NCBI RefSeq assembly: GCF_006345805.1
Contig: NC_043000.1
Coordinates: forward strand, 161,696,001-161,760,000
Origin: Octopus sinensis
Lineage: Eukaryota
Reading direction: 5' to 3'
Length of the DNA stretch: 64,000 nucleotides
The notes under the pieces were generated by a model. That model saw only the letters and a program-made list of their open reading frames with translations, was not told the DNA's origin and searched no databases. A program made the translations under genes and the position numbers. Below are positions 25,465 through 36,286 of the stretch, in pieces; the first letter of the stretch is position 1; every line of letters begins with the position of its first letter.

Positions 25465-25748
25465 TTTGTTTTTATTTACGTTATTTACATTTGACGGATA
25501 TTTGTCCTTATCTTGTTTGTTGTTAGCACAATGTTTCGGATGATATACCCTCCAGCCTTCATCAGGTGTCTTGGGGAAGTTTCGAACCTGGGTTCTCATT
25601 TCTAATGTATTATTGGATGTTGTTGTTATCAACATTATTATTATTATTATCATCATCATCATCATTATTATTCAAGTCACTGCCTGGAATCGAACTCGGA
25701 ATCTTGAGTTTAGTAACCCACGCTCTTAACCACTACGCCATATGCCCG
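25465..25748 (-). mobile_element. tRNA-headed SINE (family E) with a hammerhead-like motif in its 3' half
   Basis: Minus: A box TGGCGTAGTGG, B box GTTCGATTC, (AAT/GAT)n linker, then GACAC-CTGATGA-AGGCTG gagggtatat CATCC-GAAACATTGTGCT. Confidence 0.8.
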
Positions 25749-26061
25749 TTTTTGTTGTATTTTTAAAGATAATGGTGCATAATTTGTGGAGTAAATGGTT
25801 ATTATTTCATGCAGATCAAGTGGTCAAATAGATATTCCCTCCCATTTTTTAAAGGACTTCAGTTTCAATCAATTTGCCACCCTTAGCGGGAACGAAAGCG
25901 ACTTATATCAACAGTCATAAAGGATCGAAGTCGATCGAATCGATCCGAGTACTTCGCTTTTGTTTGTGTTATCTACCCAGAAGCCAACCCATCTCGGTGT
26001 GATTTGAACCGTTTCTGTCAATCTGCCACCCTTCAGCAAAACAAAATTGTCAACAAAAACA

Positions 26062-26150
26062 GGCATATGGCGTAGTGGTTAAGAGCGCGGGCTACTAACT
26101 CCAAGATTCCGAGTTCGATTCCAGGCAGTGACCTGAATAATAATAATTAT
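26062..26150 (+). mobile_element. Head-only copy of SINE family E
   Basis: GGCATATGGCGTAGTGGTTAAGAGCGCGGGCTACTAACTCCAAGATTCCGAGTTCGATTCCAGGCAGTGACCTGAATAATAAT, near-identical to the head at 25670-25748; poor acceptor stem, so not a true tRNA. Confidence 0.8.
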
Positions 26151-26230
26151 AATAATGATACATGTCCACTTACTGTCACTGAACAATAATCCACTTTATA
26201 TTTTAAGAGTACATTACAGTATGGTTCTGA

Positions 26231-26285
<55 letters not shown>

Positions 26286-26818
26286 TAACAGTAGTCTGCT
26301 CTCTCTCTCACTCTTTCTCTGGTATCCCCTTTTCATCCCCCTTTCCCTCTCGCAATCTATCTTATATTTCAATGATTTTCATCAGTAAACTTTGCTATAT
26401 AAACTTACTTGTTAATCAAGGCTATTCAACATTATCATCAACAACAACTGTTATTACTACTACTACTACTACTACTACTACTATAACAACAGCATTGGGC
26501 TCAAGTTGAATTCACGAATCTTTAATGCATTTCAGTAATAACACTATCAGAGTAGACAAGTGTGGCGAATGCTACACGAGAGCAGAAGGTGATAAATTAT
26601 TCAATGTTTTTGATGATCGTGATCATTATTAACGCTAAGATATTGAATATATTTACTTTTCTTCTTTTCATCAGTACGAACTTTGTGGTTGTTGTTGCTA
26701 CTGCTGCATCTGCTGTTTAGACTCAGGTCATCTTTGATTTAGCATACCTTTGATCAAATGGATTTTAGTGGTGACTATTCAGTCTCTTTTAGGCTTACAT
26801 AGGGCATTATCATCCTTC

Positions 26819-27275
26819 CCTAAGGCGGCGAGCCGCCAGAATCGTTATCGTGCCGTGTAAGATGCTTAACGGCATTTCATCCGTCAAGGGCGGTGAGCTG
26901 GCAGAAATCGTTAGCACGCCGGGCGAAATGCTTAGCGGTTCTGAGTTCAAATTTCGCCGAGGTCGACTTTGCCTTTCATCCTTTCGGGGTCGATTAAATA
27001 AGTACCAGTTACGCACTAGAGTCGATGTAATCGACTTAATCCGTTTGTCTGTCCTTGTTTGTCCTCTCTGTGTTTAGCCCCTTGTGGGTAGTAAAGAAAT
27101 AGGCATTTCATCCGTCATTGTGTTCTCAGTTCAAATGCCGCCGAGGTCGACATTGCCTTTCATCCTCTCGGGGTCGATAAAATAAGTACCATTTGAATAT
27201 TGGGCACGATGTAATCGACTTTCCCCTATCCCAAATTTTCTTGCCTTGTGCCAAAATTTGAAACCAATATTATCT
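26819..27275 (+). mobile_element. Young family A monomer (26887-27101) nested in an older family A SINE
   Basis: 16-bp repeat GGCATTTCATCCGTCA at 26871-26886 and 27102-27117; old head upstream, old body downstream. Confidence 0.85.
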
Positions 27276-27879
27276 TTTCCTTATGTAAAAGTGTATGGTG
27301 TCATTTAAGGAAGATTTGGTACTAGATCTAATAGACAGAACGACTACGTACAGGCTCCGCTATTGACTTATTTTCATCCATTACTTGTTCCTGTTATTAG
27401 ACTGAGGTATACTGGAATTTTTAGTCGAATAAATCGACCCCAGTACTTTTTTTTAAAAAATCCTGGTACTTATTCTATGGGGCTTTTTGCTGAACCGCTA
27501 AATGAACCATTGTTCAATGCTGTTGTAGACCCATCGATGTGGAGGATAGGACGGAGATAAAGTAGATGGGAAAATAAAGAAAGAAAACATATATGAATTA
27601 ATGAATGAATTTGGATGGAAGAATGAGATAATGCAAAGAAAATAATAAAAGAAAGAATGAGGAAATAAATAAAAAGAAACGAAATAATCGCAAGACAATA
27701 AAAGAATGTTGAATGAAAGAACGAATTTTAAAAATGTTTTGTTAGTTTCGCTCATTGGACGGCATCCATGCTGGGAGTAGGACCATCGAGAATTCTTAGC
27801 TCCATGATTGACCAAGAGGTCGGGAGTAGAAAGTCAAGTAAATATGGATATTCAAGAAATTACAGACCTGGAATCAGAA

Positions 27880-28040
27880 ATAGGACTCGTACAAAGAAAT
27901 ACGGAAGAGACCAGAGGCGAGTGCAGGCAATGCTGTAAAATAGTTGTTACCCAAGTGGATTGAAGATCCATCTTGGCAAGAAGTGTCTGAAGAACTCAAA
28001 GCAGTTGTAGGTGATTTGACAGTGAAACAAGAAAGCGCAT
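27880..28040 (+). mobile_element. Possible N-terminal zinc-finger remnant of an RLE-type LINE
   Basis: ECRQCCK followed after a frameshift by GLKIHLGKKC. Confidence 0.35.
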
Positions 28041-28084
28041 GCTAAAACGCATATACGAACTAAACAGGCACATGTGTGTGTGTG

Positions 28085-28345
28085 TGTGTGTGTAAAGTGG
28101 TCGTCTGTTGTCAACTTAATGTGACAGTCCCATGAAAGGGAAGAATACTACTGCTATTTAGCCCTAGGATGCGCCGCTTCCTGTCGGCCTTGACACATTT
28201 CCTCTGTCCTTATGATTACAAAGGGGAAGATAAGCACCTCCACCCAGCAAAGCCAGCACTCAGAGACTAGTTTCTGAGTCATTGCTCGTCATCAGTCTGG
28301 AGTAGCATGGCCTGCTAGCTGTCGATCCCTCTCTGCCTCTGTAAA
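28085..28345 (-). mobile_element. Small repeat carrying a minimal hammerhead motif (28259-28300)
   Basis: Minus: CAGA-CTGATGA-CGAG caatga CTCA-GAAA-CTA-GTC-TCTG; helix III is the palindrome ACTAGT. Confidence 0.6.
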
Positions 28346-28496
28346 CAAATAACAATTCAAGTGAAATACATACACTGATTTCGAAAATAGAAATAATACA
28401 TTACAATAATACACACATTATTTATGCGTTTGAGAATGTGTATCTGAGCAGATGTGCTTGTAGTTCGTATACATATATATATATATATATATATAA

Positions 28497-28680
28497 TTTA
28501 TTTAAAGCAGCAGAAAATTCAACAAAACCTGTTACTCTGTGTTTCACGTTGCCGGCAACGTGAAACTCAGAGTAACAGGTTTTGTTGAATTTTCTGCTGC
28601 TTTAAATAAAGCATATTACTCTACCACTAGTATTTGAGTACTCTTTTTTCCACCTTGTTTCACATTTATGTGTTTACTCC

Positions 28681-28682
<2 letters not shown>
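28497..28682. repeat. Near-perfect 114-bp palindrome (28497-28610) with a short unique extension, between (TA)n runs; PLE-like foldback remnant
   Basis: 57-bp arms, no spacer, centre ...CACGTTGCC|GGCAACGTG..., one mismatch. Confidence 0.85.
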
Positions 28683-28741
<59 letters not shown>

Positions 28742-28744
28742 CAT

Positions 28745-29448
28745 ATTTAAAATTGAATAAGGGTAGAAATTGATATTAATCAATTAAAAACAGTGGCTTA
28801 GCATATTAAAAAAATCCGAAGATTAAAATATTTTTTACATACAAAATTTAAAGGACTGACCACTAAAAGTGGACGGCCAATATGCTAGATATAGACGTCA
28901 AAATTGCTATTTTCCACGAAGAATGTGTTCTCAAGATAAAACTCAGCACAAAACCAAAGTGTAAAAATCAGCAAGACAAATGAAAATATACGAAATAAAA
29001 ACGATTACCTATGTACCGATCAGTTTCGCTTGTTAATATTCACGTATATGTATTTGCGAAAATCTGCAAGATCATCAGCATAGTCTAACGTAGTCTACTG
29101 TATACAAACATCATTTCCAGAACTAGATACATAACGTTTGACCGGAGTCCCCAATGCATGGAGTTCAACAAATTATATTTATGTGTATCCTTCAAATAAA
29201 CTATACTGATGATCTTGCAGATTTTCGCAAATACATATACGTGAATATTAACAAGTGAAACTTATCGGTACATAGGTAATCGTTTTTATTTCGTATATTT
29301 TCATTTATCTTGCTTGTTTTTTACACTTTGGTTTTGTGCTGAGTTTTTTCTTGAGAACACATTCTTCGTGGAAAATAGCGATTTTGACGTCCATATCTAG
29401 CATATTGACCGTCCACTTTTAGTGGTCAGTCCTTTAAATTTTGTATGT
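28745..29448. mobile_element. Inverted pair of Penelope-like pLTRs (arms about 28836-29083 and 29202-29448), each with a hammerhead motif
   Basis: About 240-bp inverted arms with scattered substitutions, about 120-bp spacer; CTGATGA...GAAAC...GTA plus CTATG/CATAG helix I; bounded by (TA)n. Confidence 0.8.
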
Positions 29449-29526
29449 ATATGTATATATATATATATATATATACATACGTACAAGCACATCTGCATAT
29501 ATATATATTATATATATATATATATA

Positions 29527-31313
29527 GATCAATAAATGGTGGGGTTGTGTTGACCGCACGTGGAGAAATGATAAGTAAGGAAAAAATTTTTTTAAAAAAA
29601 ACAGAATGCTCAAATGAAAGAAAATTTTAATAAAATGAGAAAATGATAAAATATATAATATATATTTATTCAACCGGTTTTCGTCATTGTATGACTTGTC
29701 AAGAATATTTATGTTTTAAGAAGTTATTTTAAAAATTAGAAATGTGAAAAAAAGAAAATTGCATTGTTTTTTGTAAAAGAATAATGATAAAAATGTACAA
29801 AAATTAAAAAATAAGTTCTCCGATACATTGTGAGTTCGTTGTGTATCTTGAGTTTTATGGTTGTTTACCAAAAAATTACCTTGAGGTGTTAAGATCCAAA
29901 GGGATTAAGAGCATGTGATGTGTTGTGTTGTTAAATTCAGCATGTTGCAGGACAGGAAGTAGTAGTAATTGTGGTCCTGGTTCTTCAGTTCCTGTGTTGT
30001 GGGTAAGGGGAGACAACTCTTTTGAGTTCTTCAATAAAACCCAAATTATAAAACTATCATTTTAGCTTCATTTGCATTATCTTTTTTAAAAAAACTCTTG
30101 ACAAATGCCAAACTTCACACACCACATCCACCCCCAACAGTAAAAAAATGTGCACGCTCAAACTGTGGTACCTGCTCCTTTCTACTTGAAGGCTCTGAAT
30201 TTACCTTCAAACAAGGTACGAAGTTTAAAATCAAGACTAACTTCTCCTGTTCCTCCGAGAACCTTATCTACGTTCTCACATGCGCTGGTTGCCAACATAA
30301 TTATGTTGGACAAACGAGTCTCCCGTTACGTAAACGAGTAACGGTGCATAAAGAACAAATAAACCTTCCGGAATACCGACAAATTCCACTGAGTGACCAC
30401 TTAGACTCATGTGCTAAAGACTTAAACCCCAAATTCTATATATTCCCCTTCTACCAATGTAAAGACGGGATCACCACACAGGAGAGAATTAACAAGGAGA
30501 ATCTCTTTATTGAAAAATTCCAAACACAACTTAATATGCAAACTCCTCGTTGATCAAACTTCCTTTCTCTACCTCACTCTTCATGGATGGACTAACACAA
30601 ATATATAAAGATACCATGCATTCATCACTTCAAGCTAAAACTTATATTCTTTAAATATCATTTTTACTATTGTTGTTATTACTATCATTTTTATTATAAA
30701 TGATATGACAATTTGAAATGCAATTGTCTATGCAGATTTATATTATTAGAAAATAATATAAATAAAGTGTTAAAATCTGAAAGTTAAGTTAACAAGCAAT
30801 TATATAAAAAAGATAATGCAAATGAAGCTAAAATGATAGTTTTATAATTTGGGTTTTATTGAAGAACTCAAAAGAGTTGTCTCCCCTTACCCACAACACA
30901 GGAACTGAAGAACCAGGACCACAATTACTACTACTTCCTGTCCTGCAACATGCTGAATTTAACAACACAACACATCACATGCTCTTAATCCCTTTGGATC
31001 TTAACACCTCAAGGTAATTTTTTGGTAACAACCATAAAACTCAAGATACACAACGAACTCACAATGTATCGGAGAACTTATTTTTTAATTTTTGTACATT
31101 TTTATCATTATTCTTTTACAAAAAACAATGCAATTTTCTTTTTTTCACATTCTAATTTTTAAAATAACTTCTTAAAACATAAATATTCTTGACAAGTCAT
31201 ACAATGACGAAAACCGGTTGAATAAATATATATTATATATTTTATCATTTTCTCATTTTATTAAAATTTTCTTTCATTTGAGCATTCTGTTTTTTTTAAA
31301 AAAATTTTTTCCT

Positions 31314-31316
<3 letters not shown>
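29527..31316 (+). mobile_element. 5'-truncated Penelope-like element (Neptune-type), copy 1: inverted pLTR, GIY-YIG endonuclease C-terminus, pLTR
   Basis: ORF 30098-30553 has a Cys-rich linker (CARSNCGTC), NLIYVLTCAGCQHNYVGQT (GIY-YIG), RVTVH, HLDSC, and KENLFIEKFQTQLN; near-identical inverted arms 29575-30087 and 30806-31316. Confidence 0.92.
30098..30553 (+). CDS. GIY-YIG endonuclease domain of a Penelope-like retroelement (5'-truncated, no RT)
   Basis: 151-aa open frame without a true ATG start, with GIY-YIG motif and CCHH zinc ligands. Confidence 0.88.
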   Translation: MTNAKLHTPHPPPTVKKCARSNCGTCSFLLEGSEFTFKQGTKFKIKTNFSCSSENLIYVLTCAGCQHNYVGQTSLPLRKRVTVHKEQINLPEYRQIPLSDHLDSCAKDLNPKFYIFPFYQCKDGITTQERINKENLFIEKFQTQLNMQTPR

Positions 31317-31368
<52 letters not shown>

Positions 31369-31373
31369 ATATA

Positions 31374-33161
31374 GATCAATAAATGGTGGGGTTGTGTTGA
31401 CCGCACGTGGAGAAATGATAAGTAAGGAAAAAATTTTTTTAAAAAAAACAGAATGCTCAAATGAAAGAAAATTTTAATAAAATGAGAAAATGATAAAATA
31501 TATAATATATATTTATTCAACCGGTTTTCGTCATTGTATGACTTGTCAAGAATATTTATGTTTTAAGAAGTTATTTTAAAAATTAGAAATGTGAAAAAAA
31601 GAAAATTGCATTGTTTTTTGTAAAAGAATAATGATAAAAATGTACAAAAATTAAAAAATAAGTTCTCCGATACATTGTGAGTTCGTTGTGTATCTTGAGT
31701 TTTATGGTTGTTTACCAAAAAATTACCTTGAGGTGTTAAGATCCAAAGGGATTAAGAGCATGTGATGTGTTGTGTTGTTAAATTCAGCATGTTGCAGGAC
31801 AGGAAGTAGTAGTAATTGTGGTCCTGGTTCTTCAGTTCCTGTGTTGTGGGTAAGGGGAGACAACTCTTTTGAGTCTTCAATAAAACCCAAATTATAAAAC
31901 TATCATTTTAGCTTCATTTGCATTATCTTTTTTAAAAAAACTCTTGACAAATGCCAAACTTCACACACCACATCCACCCCCAACAGTAAAAAATGTGCAC
32001 GCTCAAACTGTGGTACCTGCTCCTTTCTACTTGAAGGCTCTGAATTTACCTTCAAACAAGGTACGAAGTTTAAAATCAAGACTAACTTCTCCTGTTCCTC
32101 CGAGAACCTTATCTACGTTCTCACATGCGCTGGTTGCCAACATAATTATGTTGGACAAACGAGTCTCCCGTTACGTAAACGAGTAACGGTGCATAAAGAA
32201 CAAATAAACCTTCCGGAATACCGACAAATTCCACTGAGTGACCACTTAGACTCATGTGCTAAAGACTTAAACCCCAAATTCTATATATTCCCCTTCTACC
32301 ATGTAAAGACGGGATCACCACACAGGAGAGAATTAACAAGGAGAATCTCTTTATTGAAAAATTCCAAACACAACTTAATATGCAAACTCCTCGTTGATCA
32401 AACTTCCTTTCTCTACCTCACTCTTCATGGATGGACTAACACAAATATATAAAGATACCATGCATTCATCACTTCAAGCTAAAACTTATATTCTTTAAAT
32501 ATCATTTTTACTATTGTTGTTATTACTATCATTTTTATTATAAATGATATGACAATTTGAAATGCAATTGTCTATGCAGATTTATATTATTAGAAAATAA
32601 TATAAATAAAGTGTTAAAATCTGAAAGTTAAGTTAACAAGCAATTATATAAAAAAGATAATGCAAATGAAGCTAAAATGATAGTTTTATAATTTGGGTTT
32701 TATTGAAGAACTCAAAAGAGTTGTCTCCCCTTACCCACAACACAGGAACTGAAGAACCAGGACCACAATTACTACTACTTCCTGTCCTGCAACATGCTGA
32801 ATTTAACAACACAACACATCACATGCTCTTAATCCCTTTGGATCTTAACACCTCAAGGTAATTTTTTGGTAACAACCATAAAACTCAAGATACACAACGA
32901 ACTCACAATGTATCGGAGAACTTATTTTTTAATTTTTGTACATTTTTATCATTATTCTTTTACAAAAAACAATGCAATTTTCTTTTTTTCACATTCTAAT
33001 TTTTAAAATAACTTCTTAAAACATAAATATTCTTGACAAGTCATACAATGACGAAAACCGGTTGAATAAATATATATTTATATATTTTATCATTTTCTCA
33101 TTTTATTAAAATTTTCTTTCATTTGAGCATTCTGTTTTTTTTAAAAAAATTTTTTCCTTAC
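31374..33161 (+). mobile_element. Copy 2 of the Penelope-like unit (tandem direct repeat, period about 1.85 kb)
   Basis: Matches copy 1 apart from 1-bp deletions where I compared them (A7 to A6 near 31990, AA to A near 32300, TT to T near 31873); two of these frameshift the ORF. Confidence 0.9.
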
Positions 33162-33194
<33 letters not shown>

Positions 33195-33208
33195 TATATA
33201 TATATGTA

Positions 33209-33244
<36 letters not shown>

Positions 33245-33417
33245 TGTATATATAGACACACACACAACACACACACACATGTTTACGTACGTACAAGCAC
33301 AGACAGATATACATATATTCAAGCCGGGCAGTGTGCTCTGCAAACCAGCCAGAAAAGGAAACGCCCTTCACACCATATGTGTCGGGACGACATTTGAAAA
33401 ATATCGATATGCTTCTT

Positions 33418-33454
<37 letters not shown>

Positions 33455-33529
33455 ATATGGATATTTGTATATAGCTGCGTGAATCTGTCAGCCTCCCCCA
33501 GTTGTGTATAGTGTGTATAAACGTAAATA

Positions 33530-33950
33530 TTTCTCGCAATCGTGTATGACGCGGTAGCACGTAACTTGCTTTCGTTAACTGTTTTAGGTGCCTACTTAGT
33601 CACGGGCAGACAAACACATCCTCTCGCCCCACCTGCCGTCGATCAGCGGGACAATCAGGATGTGATTACTAGGCTAGGAAATTGTACGAGTATGGAGCTG
33701 GTACTCATTTTCAGCTGAGTTGGCAGGAGTAATGAGAAATAAAGTACCTTGCTCTGAAAGTAAACCCACGAATTTATGATCGTGAGCCGAGCTCCTTAAC
33801 CCTTAGGATGCGCACCTTCACCACATACATATGACAAACTTCCGTGTAGTTTCTGTCAGGTAAATTCCACTCACAAGGTATTGGTGACCCGTGAAAACAG
33901 TGGAAGATATTTGGGAAGTACCGTGCAATGGAATCGAACCCGGAATTATG
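33530..33950 (-). mobile_element. Old SINE remnants (tRNA/CORE-like copy about 33530-33830 and a family B-like head about 33830-33950)
   Basis: Minus-strand CAAGGTACTTTATTTC...CTCAGCTGAAAATGAGTACCAGC and GGTTCGATTCC...CTTCCACTG. Confidence 0.5.
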
Positions 33951-36109
33951 TAGTTTTTGAGCTTTATATCATCCTGCGCCTTGTTGAGCTTCCTTATGAC
34001 AAAAATGAATAGAAGGAAAAGGAAAAAATGATAGGTTAAACTCAAAAACAACCAATAAGGGAACATTTTGAGTGAAGAAGTCATCAAAATTGCCAAAGGA
34101 GAAGAAAAAGATAGATACAAAGAAAGAAACTATGTAAATATTTTGATTCACACTTTTCTGTAGTAGTAGTAGTAGTTGATGATGATGATGATGATGTTAA
34201 ATGCCAGCTCAGTCCTAAGTGAGCAGGCGTACCATTGGTGTCCGATTTGTTACCGCTCCATATATTGCTGAGGAAATTTCACTACTATTTTTAGCAGTTA
34301 GTTGAGTTGCAGTAATGGTATTATTTGTAGCAGTAGTCAAAGTTATAATAATAGTAACAACAAAAGAATATTGATTCACGTACAATGTATCTGAATGTGA
34401 GTACTTATAATAAATGTCTTGCAAACAACTTGCACATGCAAGTGCTACCAGTCAAAAACTCCGCATACCGGAAGCCAGCAAATGTATGGGGTCATCAAGA
34501 GAGAATGCGCGCCGTTTCGGGGCCTACCTCTCGACGGCATCAATGCGCACTGATATGAGGCCCCGCTTGCTAGATCAACTGGTTATCAAATAAAGCTCAA
34601 TATTCTTCTAGCCATCGCTCATCGTCTCTTTTTAACCAAATCCAGTGGCTAGCCTTCTCCACTGTAGTGTGGAATCGGTCGTGATGGTTTTGACTTCACA
34701 AAGTTTTTGAGGTCATACGATCAAGACAGACCTTTCGACTATTTAGATTTTCTCGTTTTGCTTTTTTCTTCTCTAGATGGAAGGGTCAGTTCGCTCAAAC
34801 TATCCGACACGTAAATATTTTAATGTAGATTGCAGAATGCTTTACGATAATTATGATCCGTAACGTTCTGGGTTTAAATCCGGAATCGATAAAATTAAAT
34901 ATCAGTCAAGTATTGATATCGCCTTAAGTGGATACACTCTCCCTCCAAAATATTTAACCTTGTGTCAAAATGGAAAGTTAATATTTTACAGGCAAGGTAC
35001 TGGGCATTTAAAGATTCAGGATCCGAAAAAATTGATGTTCTGCGTCGAGGAAAATCAATCCATAAAAGTTCGTAGGAAAAAAAAATATTACTGTGATTTA
35101 TTTTTCATCCACAAACTTTTATGGATTCATCAGATTAGCTATAATGACACTCAGAATGGTATTCAGATTAGCTTTCGGAAGAATTTTATAATAGTATTAT
35201 TCAGAATAGTGTTCAGAAAGATGTCGAGCCAAAAGAAACCAGAACTATCAGTAATGATTAATACAGAAATTTTTTTTGTAAAGTCACGTTAAATGAAAAA
35301 AAAAAATAATAAATAATCTTCTCAGTGAAAATAAAAACAAAAACAAACTGTCAGAATACAAGAATTAGAAAACTAGAAAATCTGAAATAACATTCAAGGC
35401 GTCATTTTATATACTTTAAAGAGATTCGTAGAATAGTTGGTTCGTTCTGGGGTTTTTTTCATTTTCAGTTTTCGATTAGTTCTCAGCGTTCAGACTTGTG
35501 ATCAAAGACGCTTCAGTTGTTACCATCATTATTTCTGTATATAAAGAACTACATTGTTTTATGTGCCCTTTCCTTTTCACAGTGTAAATTGAGGGAGATT
35601 TTACTGATATTTGTAGCAGGTCAAGCATCTTCAAATAGGTTCTATTATTGGTACATGGTTCTATTTTTAGCTGATTGAGAAACACAGCACTCTTCATTTA
35701 CAGAGCAGTGATCTGTCATAGATAGGCAACTCTGCACGATTGAGGGTCTCAGTGTCTGGGACTTTGCCTGTAAATGAATATGAAACATTTTATGCAGGCA
35801 GTTCGAGCGGGATCTATTAAGCTTTTTGCCATGCCTTCTCTAAACAGTTCATGCTTCACTGGCTTAAAGCAAAGTTGGCAAAACAATAGTTTTTGAAGGT
35901 TGAGATCCTTCTTCGCCCAAACATTCTTGTGAAATGTTTTTCTCCGGGCTTATTTTTGATTATATGCATCCTATCGCAACGTTTGGAGCTAAGCGAGATT
36001 ATAATTGATGCATTTAGGCAGCTTTGAGTTCGTTGCTTTCACGCTTATATTTTTTACAAAGTGCAGAGTTGGTGTCCAAGATGCCGGGGTATTACATATG
36101 TATCAAAAA

Positions 36110-36286
36110 AGGTGGTGAGCTGGCAGAGTTCAAATTCCGCCGAGGTCGACTTTGCCTTTCATCCTTTCGGGATTGATAAATTAAGTACCAGTTACGCACT
36201 GGGGTCGATATAATCGACTTAATCCGTTTGTCTGTCCTTGTTTGTCCTCTCTGTGTTTAGCCCTTTGTGGCTAGTAAAGAAATAGC
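36110..36286 (+). mobile_element. Family A monomer with a deletion in the head
   Basis: GGTGGTGAGCTGGCAG joined directly to AGTTCAAATTCC; tail 1 intact. Confidence 0.9.

Noticed and set aside
26062-26140. Apparent tRNA gene
   Set aside because: Has A/B boxes but a poorly pairing acceptor stem and is near-identical to the head of the SINE at 25465-25748; treated as a SINE head.
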